50,252 nucleotides of DNA. It comes from Candidatus Methylomirabilales bacterium (GTDB lineage Bacteria; Methylomirabilota; Methylomirabilia; Methylomirabilales; 2-02-FULL-66-22). The notes under the pieces were generated by a model. The model was not told where the DNA came from. It did not search any database and saw nothing but the letters and a program-made list of their open reading frames with translations. Below, in pieces: positions 36,756-45,046 of this stretch (position 1 is the first letter of the stretch; each line of letters opens with the position of its first letter). A program made the position numbers and the translations under genes. The stretch is taken from positions 1 to 50,252 of the forward strand of contig JBHGAX010000003.1 of the NCBI GenBank assembly GCA_041946635.1, given 5' to 3'.

Positions 36756-37778
36756 TCACACCCCCAGGTTATCCGCCAGCGCCTGCGCAGCCGCCAGGAG
36801 CCCCGCCTCCTGCGGTCGCGTGTAGATCTCTGTCACCTGGCCCGAGCTGTGGGCCAGCCACGCCTGGATGGTGCGCTGCGGGACGCCGGCCTCGGCCAGG
36901 ACGGTCCCGCAGGTGTGCCGGAGCCGGTGAAACGTGAGCCAGGGCAGCTTGGCGTCTGCGCGCGCCTTCTCCCAGCGCTCCCGCGGGAACCGCCGCATGG
37001 GCTTCCCATCTGGGCCCCGGAAGAGCGGGCCCTTCACGACGGCCAGTTCCTTCACCAGTGCGGCCAGCGGGGCGGCCACCGGGAGGAAGTACTCCTTCTC
37101 GCCCTTCTCGTCTGTGCAGCGGAGCCAGCCGGACCGAGCCCGGAAGTCCTCGGCCTGGATCCGGACGATCGCGCCCTCGCGCAGCCCGGTGTAGAGGGCG
37201 GTGAGGATGAGCGGCCGCACAACTTGGTCGGCGTTCGCCAGGAGCTGCTGCCGCTCAGCCTTCGTCGGGATCCGCGGCGCCGTCCGCTTGACCTTCGGCC
37301 AGTCCACCTCGAGGACTGGGTTCGCGCGGAGCAGCTTCCACCGCCGCACGGCCAGATTGCAGAGCGTCCGAAGCACGGCGAGATACCGCTGGAGGCTGGC
37401 CTCTGAAAGCCCCTCCGCCCGGAGTTGCGCCTTCCCTTTATCCACGAGCGATGGCGTGACCTGCTGGAGCGTGGTGCACGCGTGTGCACTAAGGAAGGTG
37501 CCCCACCAGGTCAACCGCCGGCGGTCCCACGCCAGGCTGGCCTTGTGCGCCTTCGCCTCCTCGTATTTCTTCACGGCGTCGGCCCAGCTCGTGGCCACCG
37601 GCTTCAACGGACCCCACTGCGCCTCAAAGGCGGCCGTGTCGAGCCGGGCCCGCTCCCGCTCTTCGGCCTTCTGGGCGAGGGCCTTCGAGCCGACGCGCTT
37701 CTTGTAGAGCACGCCGTTTTTCCAGAAGCGATACCCGTACCGGATGCCCTTCTTGGTCTTGTAGGCGACGATCGTCAC
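36756..37778 (-). CDS. tyrosine integrase
   Basis: YTGLR, FHRLRH, LAHSS, TEIYT catalytic residues; N-terminal arm-binding-like segment. Confidence 0.95.
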   Translation of the reverse strand: MTIVAYKTKKGIRYGYRFWKNGVLYKKRVGSKALAQKAEERERARLDTAAFEAQWGPLKPVATSWADAVKKYEEAKAHKASLAWDRRRLTWWGTFLSAHACTTLQQVTPSLVDKGKAQLRAEGLSEASLQRYLAVLRTLCNLAVRRWKLLRANPVLEVDWPKVKRTAPRIPTKAERQQLLANADQVVRPLILTALYTGLREGAIVRIQAEDFRARSGWLRCTDEKGEKEYFLPVAAPLAALVKELAVVKGPLFRGPDGKPMRRFPRERWEKARADAKLPWLTFHRLRHTCGTVLAEAGVPQRTIQAWLAHSSGQVTEIYTRPQEAGLLAAAQALADNLGV

Positions 37779-38197
37779 GGGCGGGCCTCGCGCCGCGTCT
37801 TCTCGCGGTGCACCGCCGCGGGCAGCCACTGCATGTTGCTCGGATGATCCGGGCCGCCGCGGTGGAGCGGGATAATATGGTCGACCTCACAGTCGGGGCA
37901 GCCCGCCGGCTTGGGGTGCGTGCGCTGGAACTCCCGGAGCGCCTTCTCGTCCCGGTCGATCCGGCCGTGCGCGTCGCGGGGGCAGGTGGGGCACTTCACG
38001 CCCGATGCCGGCGAGCTGGGCAGCGGGCGCGTCTCGCTGGGCACGGAGGGGGCGGCGCTGGAGCCAGGCGCGCTCCGGTAGTGCGGCCGGACGTAGGTGC
38101 CGTCCTTCCGCGTGTAGCCGCGGACCTGGGCGGCGTCGGCGAGATTGGCGAAGAGCGTGAGGAGCACGAGCGCAGCGGTGACCAGGGCGCGGACCAT
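37775..38197 (-). CDS. signal-peptide-bearing HNH protein
   Basis: MVRALVTAALVLLTLFANLADA signal, VRGYTRKDGTYVRPHYRS, EVDHIIPLHRGGPDHPSNMQWL...H; GGAGG RBS. Confidence 0.8.
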   Translation of the reverse strand: MVRALVTAALVLLTLFANLADAAQVRGYTRKDGTYVRPHYRSAPGSSAAPSVPSETRPLPSSPASGVKCPTCPRDAHGRIDRDEKALREFQRTHPKPAGCPDCEVDHIIPLHRGGPDHPSNMQWLPAAVHREKTRREARP

Positions 38198-38255
38198 GGC
38201 GTACCTCCCCCTGCTCCAGATCGGCGGCGCCCCCATGGCGCGGCCGTGAGAGCCT

Positions 38256-38750
38256 TCAGCGGGCCGCCGTGGCCTGATTCGCCAACCGCTCCAACTGCAT
38301 CTGGACGCGCTTTCGAAAGGCGAGCGGGTCGGCGATTTTCGGGAACCGTGTCCCGGTGCCGCCAGTCCCGCGCACGATGACCGTGCCGAAGTCCAGCAGG
38401 CGCCCGAGGATGCCTTGGCTGACATCCAGGGCTTCCACCTTCCCGAGCAGGATTTCTTTCGAGTGTCGGCTGATGATGCCGACCTTGGCCACGACACGGC
38501 GATCGGTGAGGGCGAATTCTGCGGTGCGCCAGTTGAGGAACACGAGTAACGCCCATATGCCGGCGACACTCCAGGAGAGGAACGTGGCGGTACCCGTCAC
38601 GCTCCGCGCCTCTGCGTAGGCGATGGCCATAGCAAAGTAGAGGAGGCCCATCCCGACGAAGATGAAGGGGCCGAAGAAGATGATCCAGTGCAGCCGCGCG
38701 ATGTAGAGCACGCGCTCGCCAGCCAGGAGGTTTTCGCGAACGTAGCTCAC
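38256..38750 (-). CDS. membrane protein with bacterial PH (bPH_2-like) domain
   Basis: LLAGERVLY..RLHW, two TMs, LTDRRV..KVGIISR, QGILGRLLDFGTV. Confidence 0.85.
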   Translation of the reverse strand: MSYVRENLLAGERVLYIARLHWIIFFGPFIFVGMGLLYFAMAIAYAEARSVTGTATFLSWSVAGIWALLVFLNWRTAEFALTDRRVVAKVGIISRHSKEILLGKVEALDVSQGILGRLLDFGTVIVRGTGGTGTRFPKIADPLAFRKRVQMQLERLANQATAAR

Positions 38751-38846
38751 GACCGTCCTCCTCTCGTCAATCTGCTGCCATCCGATCCCGATCCCACACC
38801 AACCGGAGCGGGGGCCGCGCTGGTGGTGGGCGCACGGCCCCCCACG

Positions 38847-39221
38847 TTAACTGACGGCTCGGGTGCGCCCCTTCCCCCTCCATCGCTCCATGTAGTCTGG
38901 GACCATCATTTCCAAGCGCTTCGATTCCTCGGCGCACCCGGGAACGTGGGCGACGAGGCCATAGATATTCACCAGGAAACCTCGCACCAGTTGCTCGTCG
39001 CCGTCCATGAGGATCTTCTCACACGCGACGAGGTAGGGGTCCCGCTCCGCTTCCCGCTCCAAACGCTCCAATTCCTTCACGACTCTCGCCGACGGGCTCC
39101 GTTTGTCTGCCAATAGCATCGAGACGTACGACCGCCCTACCCCCAACCGGCGGGCAATCTCAGCAGGATTGACACCCTGCGAGGTCGCATAGTTACGGAG
39201 ACGGTCGGAAAAAGGTGACAC
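38847..39221 (-). CDS. XRE-family HTH repressor (cI-like)
   Basis: FSDRLR...EIARRLGVGRSYVSMLLADKRSPS; divergent from cro-like gene. Confidence 0.8.
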   Translation of the reverse strand: MSPFSDRLRNYATSQGVNPAEIARRLGVGRSYVSMLLADKRSPSARVVKELERLEREAERDPYLVACEKILMDGDEQLVRGFLVNIYGLVAHVPGCAEESKRLEMMVPDYMERWRGKGRTRAVS

Positions 39222-39290
39222 AGTGAACTTTTATGCTTGACTTCTGTTCACACAGTGAATAGCATGCGCTTGCTCAGTGAACGTTCACTG
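39215..39290. promoter_or_regulatory. lysis/lysogeny switch: rightward sigma70 promoter and operators
   Basis: TTGACT (39237) - 17 bp - TAGCAT (39260); CAGTGAA-containing sites at 39215-39228, 39246-39260 and 39275-39290. Confidence 0.85.
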
Positions 39291-39307
39291 ATGGGAGGTC
39301 ATATCAA

Positions 39308-39529
39308 ATGCCGAGCAAGCGGGTCAAGCGAAAGTTCTTCCGCGCCGACGGCCGGCCGATTCGCGGACGACAGGCGCAGTTCGCGGTTCTGGCCGGCGTC
39401 TATCGGAGCGCGGTGAGTCAGTGGCTGTCCGGCAAGTCTCCGTCGGAGCGCCTTGATCGGCTGGCGAAAGATTGGAACCCGAACACCCCGGCGGAGCCAC
39501 CCGCCAGTACCGAACACCAAGCCGCGTGA
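39308..39529 (+). CDS. Cro-like HTH protein
   Basis: QAQFAVLAGVYRSAVSQWLSG; GGAGG RBS; first rightward gene. Confidence 0.75.
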   Translation: MPSKRVKRKFFRADGRPIRGRQAQFAVLAGVYRSAVSQWLSGKSPSERLDRLAKDWNPNTPAEPPASTEHQAA

Positions 39530-39554
39530 CCGTGGTGGAGCGCGAGGGACGACC

Positions 39555-39920
39555 ATGAACGCCCTCCTTGACGAGACCCGTTCGGAGCGATTGCCGGTCA
39601 ACCTGCCCTTCCTGCTCCAGCTCCGCGTCTCGCCCACCATCCGGGAACTGCTCGAACGCGAGAAGCCCGCGAACGAATCCTGGGCTGACTTCGCCATGCT
39701 CTCGATGATCCAGCGCGCCGTCCATGCCCGCACAGTACGCCTCGACTTCGACGGCGCCAAGAGACTGCTCGTCACGGTGGGCGGGAGCGGTTCTGACGAA
39801 ACGGCGGGCGCAGTGACACCCGTCACACCGTATGACGAAGCGCATAAACGGCGGATCGCCGAGGCGCAACAGATGGGACTCGGTACCGGGCTGGTGAAGG
39901 TCGGGAAGCGGAGGTCCTGA
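39555..39920 (+). CDS. hypothetical protein
   Basis: ORF with RBS, coupled to next gene. Confidence 0.5.
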   Translation: MNALLDETRSERLPVNLPFLLQLRVSPTIRELLEREKPANESWADFAMLSMIQRAVHARTVRLDFDGAKRLLVTVGGSGSDETAGAVTPVTPYDEAHKRRIAEAQQMGLGTGLVKVGKRRS

Positions 39921-40612
39921 TGGCGACGAAAGTGGAGTTCCTGGACGCGGTGCGCGAACTGCGGGGCGCCCTCGGTATCGGCCCCGGCCGCGGGGGCGAG
40001 CGGGACCGGAAGCGGATCGCCCTGATGGTGACGGACGCCTTCCTGCGCCTTCACGGGGACGACGTCCGCGCGCTGACCGCCGCCCCGGTGCTGGAGTGGC
40101 AGCTCTACACCGCGACCGCCGGCCTCGGGCTCTCCTGCGATCCGACGCCGGCGGAGGCCAAGTGCGAGGAGAACCCGCGCGCTTTCGCCGGCTGGGAGCC
40201 GCTCAAGATGCACCCCAAGCCGGCCGACCGCTTCCTCGCGCCGTGCGCCCTGGTGAAAGAAGTCCTCAACGTCCTGATGGAGGAGACGCCCGATGGAGGA
40301 GCCGAAGAGCCTGGCCGAGTTCCTGGCCGCCGACGTGCTGCGCAAACACTTGGGCATCAGCCGCGAGGTCTTGCTGGCCTGGACCGCGAAGGGGCTTCCT
40401 TACATCCGGGTCGGGACGCGGCTCTACTTCCACGAACCGGCCGTGGCCTCCTGGCTGAAGCGGCAGGAGACGACGCGGCAGCCGGAGTGAGCCCCGCCAG
40501 ACGGCGCGGGGCCGGCGCGGCACGGCGCGGGACCGGCGCGCGCCTGCGCCAGACGGAGGCGGGCCGCCCACCACGGGGGAAGCATCCTCTTTCCGCCCCG
40601 GAGCCCCGCTGA
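39920..40612 (+). CDS. hypothetical protein (3' part overlaps HTH gene; true end uncertain)
   Basis: First ~125 aa look coding; remainder is Arg/Gly/Ala-rich read-through. Confidence 0.4.
   Translation: MATKVEFLDAVRELRGALGIGPGRGGERDRKRIALMVTDAFLRLHGDDVRALTAAPVLEWQLYTATAGLGLSCDPTPAEAKCEENPRAFAGWEPLKMHPKPADRFLAPCALVKEVLNVLMEETPDGGAEEPGRVPGRRRAAQTLGHQPRGLAGLDREGASLHPGRDAALLPRTGRGLLAEAAGDDAAAGVSPARRRGAGAARRGTGARLRQTEAGRPPRGKHPLSAPEPR
40293..40490 (+). CDS. excisionase-like HTH protein
   Basis: HLGISREVLLAW...GLPYIRVG...FHEPAVASWL. Confidence 0.75.
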   Translation: MEEPKSLAEFLAADVLRKHLGISREVLLAWTAKGLPYIRVGTRLYFHEPAVASWLKRQETTRQPE

Positions 40613-41271
40613 TGCCCACACACCTGCCCACCGCCGCCCTCGCCGCCCTGTGCCGCCGCGCCCACGTCAGCGCGGACGCGCGGCGGGTGCTCGCTTGGCT
40701 CGTGGGCGCCGTGCAGCAGCGCCTTCAGGATCTGCCGCCAGGGGAGCGGGCGGACCTTCGGTTTGCTCTGACCATCTACGCGCATCTGGATCCCGGGCCC
40801 CAGCTGACGGAGCTCGCCGTGAAGTGGTGGGCCGGCAGCGGCGCGGAAGACTTCCCACGGCAGTTGACAGACCAGGAGGCTCAGGAACTCTTGCGGTATC
40901 TCGAAAGCATCCTGCGTGCTGCAGCACGGCGCGAGAGGATCACCGCGCCAAGCCGGGGGAGAGAATCGGAGTACTTGGAGTGGAACAAGCAGACGGGACG
41001 CTACTTCTTCGGCGAGCGGTACAGCAAGCGGACATCGAAGGAAGCTGCGAGGGTGGCGCTCTGGCGCCAGCTCGCCGTGTACGGGCATCTGATCCGAGAG
41101 TGCCCTGCGCCCGCGCGCCGCGGGAAGGTCGGCGAGACGTGCGGCCTCCTGTTCATGGCAAAGCGCCCAGACCAGGAGTTTTGCAGCAGCACGTGTCGGA
41201 GCCGCGCAGGCGTCCGCAAGGTCCGCGACGAAGAGAAGCGCCGCCGCAGGATGCAGGGAAAGGAGGGCTAG
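40612..41271 (+). CDS. CGNR-type zinc-finger-like protein
   Basis: IRECP...CGLLF...QEFCSSTCRSRAGVRKVR at C-terminus. Confidence 0.65.
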   Translation: MPTHLPTAALAALCRRAHVSADARRVLAWLVGAVQQRLQDLPPGERADLRFALTIYAHLDPGPQLTELAVKWWAGSGAEDFPRQLTDQEAQELLRYLESILRAAARRERITAPSRGRESEYLEWNKQTGRYFFGERYSKRTSKEAARVALWRQLAVYGHLIRECPAPARRGKVGETCGLLFMAKRPDQEFCSSTCRSRAGVRKVRDEEKRRRRMQGKEG

Positions 41272-41273
41272 CC

Positions 41274-41340
41274 ATGGGCGTCCTCAAGATCAAGGGCAAG
41301 TGGGGCATCGAGTGGTACAACGCGGACGGCCAGCGCAGGC
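41274..41340 (+). pseudogene. possible N-terminal fragment of a second integrase
   Basis: AGGAGG RBS; MGVLKIKGKWGIEWYNADGQRR resembles an integrase arm-binding start, then the sequence degenerates. Confidence 0.45.
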
Positions 41341-41470
41341 TCCTGGCCATGCTGACGGCGCCGGGCCGACGGATCTGGAGCGGACCCCTCACGCCGCCCG
41401 CGCCGCCCGCGCACTCTCCGTCGTGTAGAGACCGCGGGGAAGGCGCGGCGCAATGCCGGAGGACGAGCGG

Positions 41471-41689
41471 ATGAGCCAGCCCGCCCCCGTCCGCGAGGCC
41501 ACGCTCTCGCTCGAGGACGCCGCAGCCGAACTGGGCATCAAGGTCTCCACGCTCCGCAACTGGATCTGGCTCAAGAAGATCGGCTCGATCAAGGCGGGCC
41601 GGGTGCGCATCCCGGTGTCCGAGGTCCTCCGGATCAAAAGGAAGGGTTGGCGGCCGGCGGACCCGGCCAGAGAGGAGCAGGCCGCATGA
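41471..41689 (+). CDS. excisionase-like HTH protein
   Basis: LSLEDAAAELGIKVSTLRNWI...RVRIPVSEV. Confidence 0.8.
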   Translation: MSQPAPVREATLSLEDAAAELGIKVSTLRNWIWLKKIGSIKAGRVRIPVSEVLRIKRKGWRPADPAREEQAA

Positions 41690-41964
41690 CCCCCACCGAC
41701 ATGATCGCCACGCTCCACGCGGCAACCGACTTGCGGCTCGCCACGGCGCACGAGGCGCTGGACTGGCTGTCCGAGGTGGAGCCCCTCAAGCCGCTGTACC
41801 GGCGCTACATGGACGAGATGCACACCCAGTTCGGCCGGGCGATCGCGCTGTCCGAGGCGCTGAGTCTGCTTCACGGCGGCCTGCACGCGGCCGAGGTCGG
41901 GCGCCAGTACGAGATCACCGCGAGCCGCGACCGGCTGCGGGATCTGGAGCAACTCGCCGCCTGA
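41686..41964 (+). CDS. hypothetical protein
   Basis: ATGA-coupled helical ORF. Confidence 0.5.
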   Translation: MTPTDMIATLHAATDLRLATAHEALDWLSEVEPLKPLYRRYMDEMHTQFGRAIALSEALSLLHGGLHAAEVGRQYEITASRDRLRDLEQLAA

Positions 41965-42041
41965 TCCCGCTCAACGGCGCCCCGCGCACGTGCCCGGGGT
42001 CGCCGGTGCGATGAACGCACCCCGCAGCATGGAGACGGTCC

Positions 42042-42452
42042 ATGCCATCACCCAAGCGCCTCGCCCCCGAGATCCTGCTCCAGCTCCACCAGGATATCCG
42101 CCACGAGCACGGCACGCTCGCTGAGATCGCCGCGCGCTACGGCGTGACGCTCCAGAGCGTCTGCTACCACCGCAAGCGCCTCCGCGACCCCTACTACACG
42201 CCGGCCGGCACGCGCCGCCCGCGCGCGGTGGAGGGGGTCCGGCCAGTCCTGCGCGAGCGCACCAACCTGGTCGAGGCGGTGGAGGCCTCGGCTGAGCGGT
42301 TGGAGGAGGAGCATGTGCAGCGCGTGGCCGCGACCAGGCGGGTGCTGGCTGGGGACCGGGGTGCGGTCGCCGAGGTGGTCAAGCGCGTGCCCGGGCTGCT
42401 GCGGTGGCAGCGGGGCGGGGAGACGCTGTACGCGAGAGAGGAGGCGGCGTAG
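42042..42452 (+). CDS. HTH-containing protein
   Basis: TLAEIAARYGVTLQSVCYHRKR. Confidence 0.6.
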   Translation: MPSPKRLAPEILLQLHQDIRHEHGTLAEIAARYGVTLQSVCYHRKRLRDPYYTPAGTRRPRAVEGVRPVLRERTNLVEAVEASAERLEEEHVQRVAATRRVLAGDRGAVAEVVKRVPGLLRWQRGGETLYAREEAA

Positions 42453-42454
42453 CC

Positions 42455-42802
42455 ATGGCGAGGATCCTGGTCGCCGACGATGACGAGGCGTGCCGCGAGA
42501 TGCTGGCGGCCCTCTACGGGCGCACCCACGAGGTCGTGACGGTCGAGAGCACCGAGGCCGCGTGGCTCAAGCTCCAGGAGCCCGTGCATTTCGACGCGCT
42601 GGTCTGCGACGGCTTCGACGGCGACGGCCCGCGGCTCCTGCGCGCGGTGCGCAACCACTACCCGCGGATCCGGACGCTCCTGTACTCCGGGCGCCAGGCC
42701 CTCGTGCTGCTGGAGGCGAGCCACGGCGGGCGGGCGCTACTCAAGCCGGCCTCCGTGGAGGCGCTCCTGGCGGCCGTGGCGCCGGCGGAAGCGGCGGCAT
42801 GA
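42455..42802 (+). CDS. stand-alone response regulator receiver domain protein
   Basis: ILVADDD, LVCD (phosphoacceptor), LYSG, LLKP. Confidence 0.85.
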   Translation: MARILVADDDEACREMLAALYGRTHEVVTVESTEAAWLKLQEPVHFDALVCDGFDGDGPRLLRAVRNHYPRIRTLLYSGRQALVLLEASHGGRALLKPASVEALLAAVAPAEAAA

Positions 42803-43068
42803 CGCGGCTCCTGGTCCACAACGACTTACGCCAGGACATCGCCCAGCTCATCGCCGTGTACGACGTGGCCGCGGGCATGTCGGGGCGCGTCCAGATCGAC
42901 CGCCACCTCCGCCGCGCCTGCCGGATCCTGGCGAACGGCCTCATGGGTGGGGCGGATCACGCGTTCCTCGACACGACCGCCGTCCGCCTCGTGCAGACCG
43001 ACGCCCCGGAGCCGGAGCAGCTGCGCGGCTGGCGGCGGTGGTTCCGCTGGGTCCGGAGGGCCAGGTGA
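42799..43068 (+). CDS. hypothetical protein
   Basis: ATGA-coupled ORF. Confidence 0.5.
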   Translation: MTRLLVHNDLRQDIAQLIAVYDVAAGMSGRVQIDRHLRRACRILANGLMGGADHAFLDTTAVRLVQTDAPEPEQLRGWRRWFRWVRRAR

Positions 43069-43175
43069 TGCGTGCGGTGCTCACGGCGGCCGCCTGCTTC
43101 GTGTTCTGCCTCGCCAGCATGGCAGCCTTCGGCGTGGCGCTCTTCCTGCTCCTGGCGGCCCTGGAGGCGTTCTGA
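43068..43175 (+). CDS. 35-aa hydrophobic peptide
   Basis: GGAGG RBS, TGATG coupling, single TM. Confidence 0.5.
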   Translation: MRAVLTAAACFVFCLASMAAFGVALFLLLAALEAF

Positions 43176-43176
43176 C

Positions 43177-43308
43177 ATGACGACCATCGCGGTCTCCGCC
43201 CTGGCGTTCCTCTTCGGGTACCTGCTCGGGATGGTCTCCGTCGTCTGGCTGATCCTGTCCCGCGTGGGCGAGCGGTGGGCAAACCGGGCGAATCGGGGGG
43301 TGCTCTGA
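43177..43308 (+). CDS. 43-aa single-TM peptide
   Basis: GGAGG RBS; MTTIAVSALAFLFGYLLGMVSVVWLIL. Confidence 0.5.
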   Translation: MTTIAVSALAFLFGYLLGMVSVVWLILSRVGERWANRANRGVL

Positions 43309-43421
43309 TGCTGTACGCCATCTATTTCCTGCTCGGCACCCTGTTCGGCGTGGTGGTCATGGGCGTCCTGCACGTGGCCGGCGAGGAGGCGCGGCAGGAG
43401 GAGCGGAGGGGCCGATGTTGA
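43308..43421 (+). CDS. 37-aa single-TM peptide
   Basis: TGATG coupling; MLYAIYFLLGTLFGVVVMGVL. Confidence 0.5.
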   Translation: MLYAIYFLLGTLFGVVVMGVLHVAGEEARQEERRGRC

Positions 43422-43708
43422 CGTCGCCTCCCTCGCCTCCCTCACGGTTGGCTTCGTGGCTGGTGTGGCGGTCTGCCTGTGGAAGCTGCCGACGCTCTGC
43501 GGCTACTGCGCGCAGGCGAGACAGGAGTCGGTTCGCGCCAACGACACGACCGTGCCGCTGCAACGCGTCCCACCCGTGCGGGGATGATACGGCGGGCGCC
43601 AGTCGGAGGCGTGATTCCGTCTTGGCGTGGACAACAGCTTCCCCTCTCAACGCGCGAACCACACCCGGCGGCACAACACGAGGCCGCCGGGGCAACCAAA
43701 GGGAGGTG

Positions 43709-43936
43709 ATGCCAATGGCGGCTGCGACCGAGGAACCTGCGGTGCTCACAGCGGAGGACTCGATCCCGCTGAGTCGGGCGGCCCTCTGCCTCGAAAGCGG
43801 GTGCGAGCGCGTCTTCCGGATCGAGCGCCGATCGTGCCCGACGTGCGGGAGCCACGCGATCATCCCGCTGCAGCGGTTCCTGGTGGCGCGGGCCCGCGGG
43901 GCGGCGGACCCGGTAAGGGCGGCGGTGGGGCTCTAG
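43709..43936 (+). CDS. small zinc-ribbon protein
   Basis: CLESGC...CPTCGS; GGAGG RBS. Confidence 0.6.
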   Translation: MPMAAATEEPAVLTAEDSIPLSRAALCLESGCERVFRIERRSCPTCGSHAIIPLQRFLVARARGAADPVRAAVGL

Positions 43937-43958
43937 GCGAGGAGCGGAGGAGGTGAGC

Positions 43959-44636
43959 ATGGGGCGCACGTTCGACGGGCGGGACATCAGCAAGACGATT
44001 CTCAACATCGGCGTCGCCGGCGAGATCGAACTCACCGACGCGCTGCCCTCGCTGAGCGTCGTCACCTTCCAGGGCAAGGGGCGGGTGACGGCCGTGAAGC
44101 ACGTCTTCAAGGACGACGGATGCGTGAAGGAGCAGGTGATCATCGCCGTGGATCCGGACTCCTTTGAGGTGCTCGACATCAAGAAGGCCGCCGAGCAGCC
44201 GGACCTGCCGCTCGCGGGCGCGCCGAAGCTGCCGGAGGTGAAGCGGCAGGAGAAGACCGAGCGCCCGCTGCTGGTCTCCTGCGAGACCTGCGGCCACGGG
44301 AAGGCCGACCACGAGGACGGCGCGGCCGCCTGCCGGGTGCCGACGTGCCCGTGCCAGGAGTACACCCCATTCCCGGGCAACCAGGGGACGGTGAGCCCGG
44401 AAGAGACGGACCAGGTGGCAGAGAGCATGAACCTGCAGCCGGCCGATGAGGAGGAGCAGGAGCCGGAGATCGACGATGGCATCGGCGGCCACTGCGGCAA
44501 CTGCGAGGCGCCGCTCCCGAGCTACCAGGCGGACGGGAGCCTCTGCCCGACGTGCGAGGCGGAGCACGTGGCGCCGCCCGAGCCCGAGCCGGCACCGAAG
44601 AAGCGCGGGCGGCGGAACGGGAGGGCGCGGGCGTGA
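43959..44636 (+). CDS. hypothetical protein with Cys/His metal-binding motifs
   Basis: CETCGH...H...C..C.C and CGNC...CPTC. Confidence 0.55.
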   Translation: MGRTFDGRDISKTILNIGVAGEIELTDALPSLSVVTFQGKGRVTAVKHVFKDDGCVKEQVIIAVDPDSFEVLDIKKAAEQPDLPLAGAPKLPEVKRQEKTERPLLVSCETCGHGKADHEDGAAACRVPTCPCQEYTPFPGNQGTVSPEETDQVAESMNLQPADEEEQEPEIDDGIGGHCGNCEAPLPSYQADGSLCPTCEAEHVAPPEPEPAPKKRGRRNGRARA

Positions 44637-45046
44637 GGTTTAGTCGTTTCCCGCGATCCTTTCAGCGACCGATCACCGCGCGCCGTCTGGCGGCCGCCAG
44701 GAAGGCCATCCAGCGCGAGCGCGACAAGGCGGGGCTCTTCGCGTTCGAGTTGCCCAAGGTAACGCCAGAGGAACGGTGCAAAGCCTGGGACAAGGGTGCT
44801 GATGAGTGGTGGACGCATCTCCGGGACTTCAACGCGAAACAGTGGCGGGAGGGCCGGCGCATCCTCTTCGCCATGCCGGCGGAACGGCGGAGAACAATCG
44901 TGGAGCGGTGGAACGCGGCGCCGTATCCAGGAAGCTCCGAATACTTCCTTGAGTTCATGAATGGGCGTTGTGCCGAGACCAGGACCCTCCACGATCCCCA
45001 GGACGCCGACGGCTACGAGCTCGCGTGGGCGGGAGATCAACTGTGA
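44633..45046 (+). CDS. hypothetical protein
   Basis: GTGA-coupled on both sides. Confidence 0.5.
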   Translation: MRFSRFPRSFQRPITARRLAAARKAIQRERDKAGLFAFELPKVTPEERCKAWDKGADEWWTHLRDFNAKQWREGRRILFAMPAERRRTIVERWNAAPYPGSSEYFLEFMNGRCAETRTLHDPQDADGYELAWAGDQL

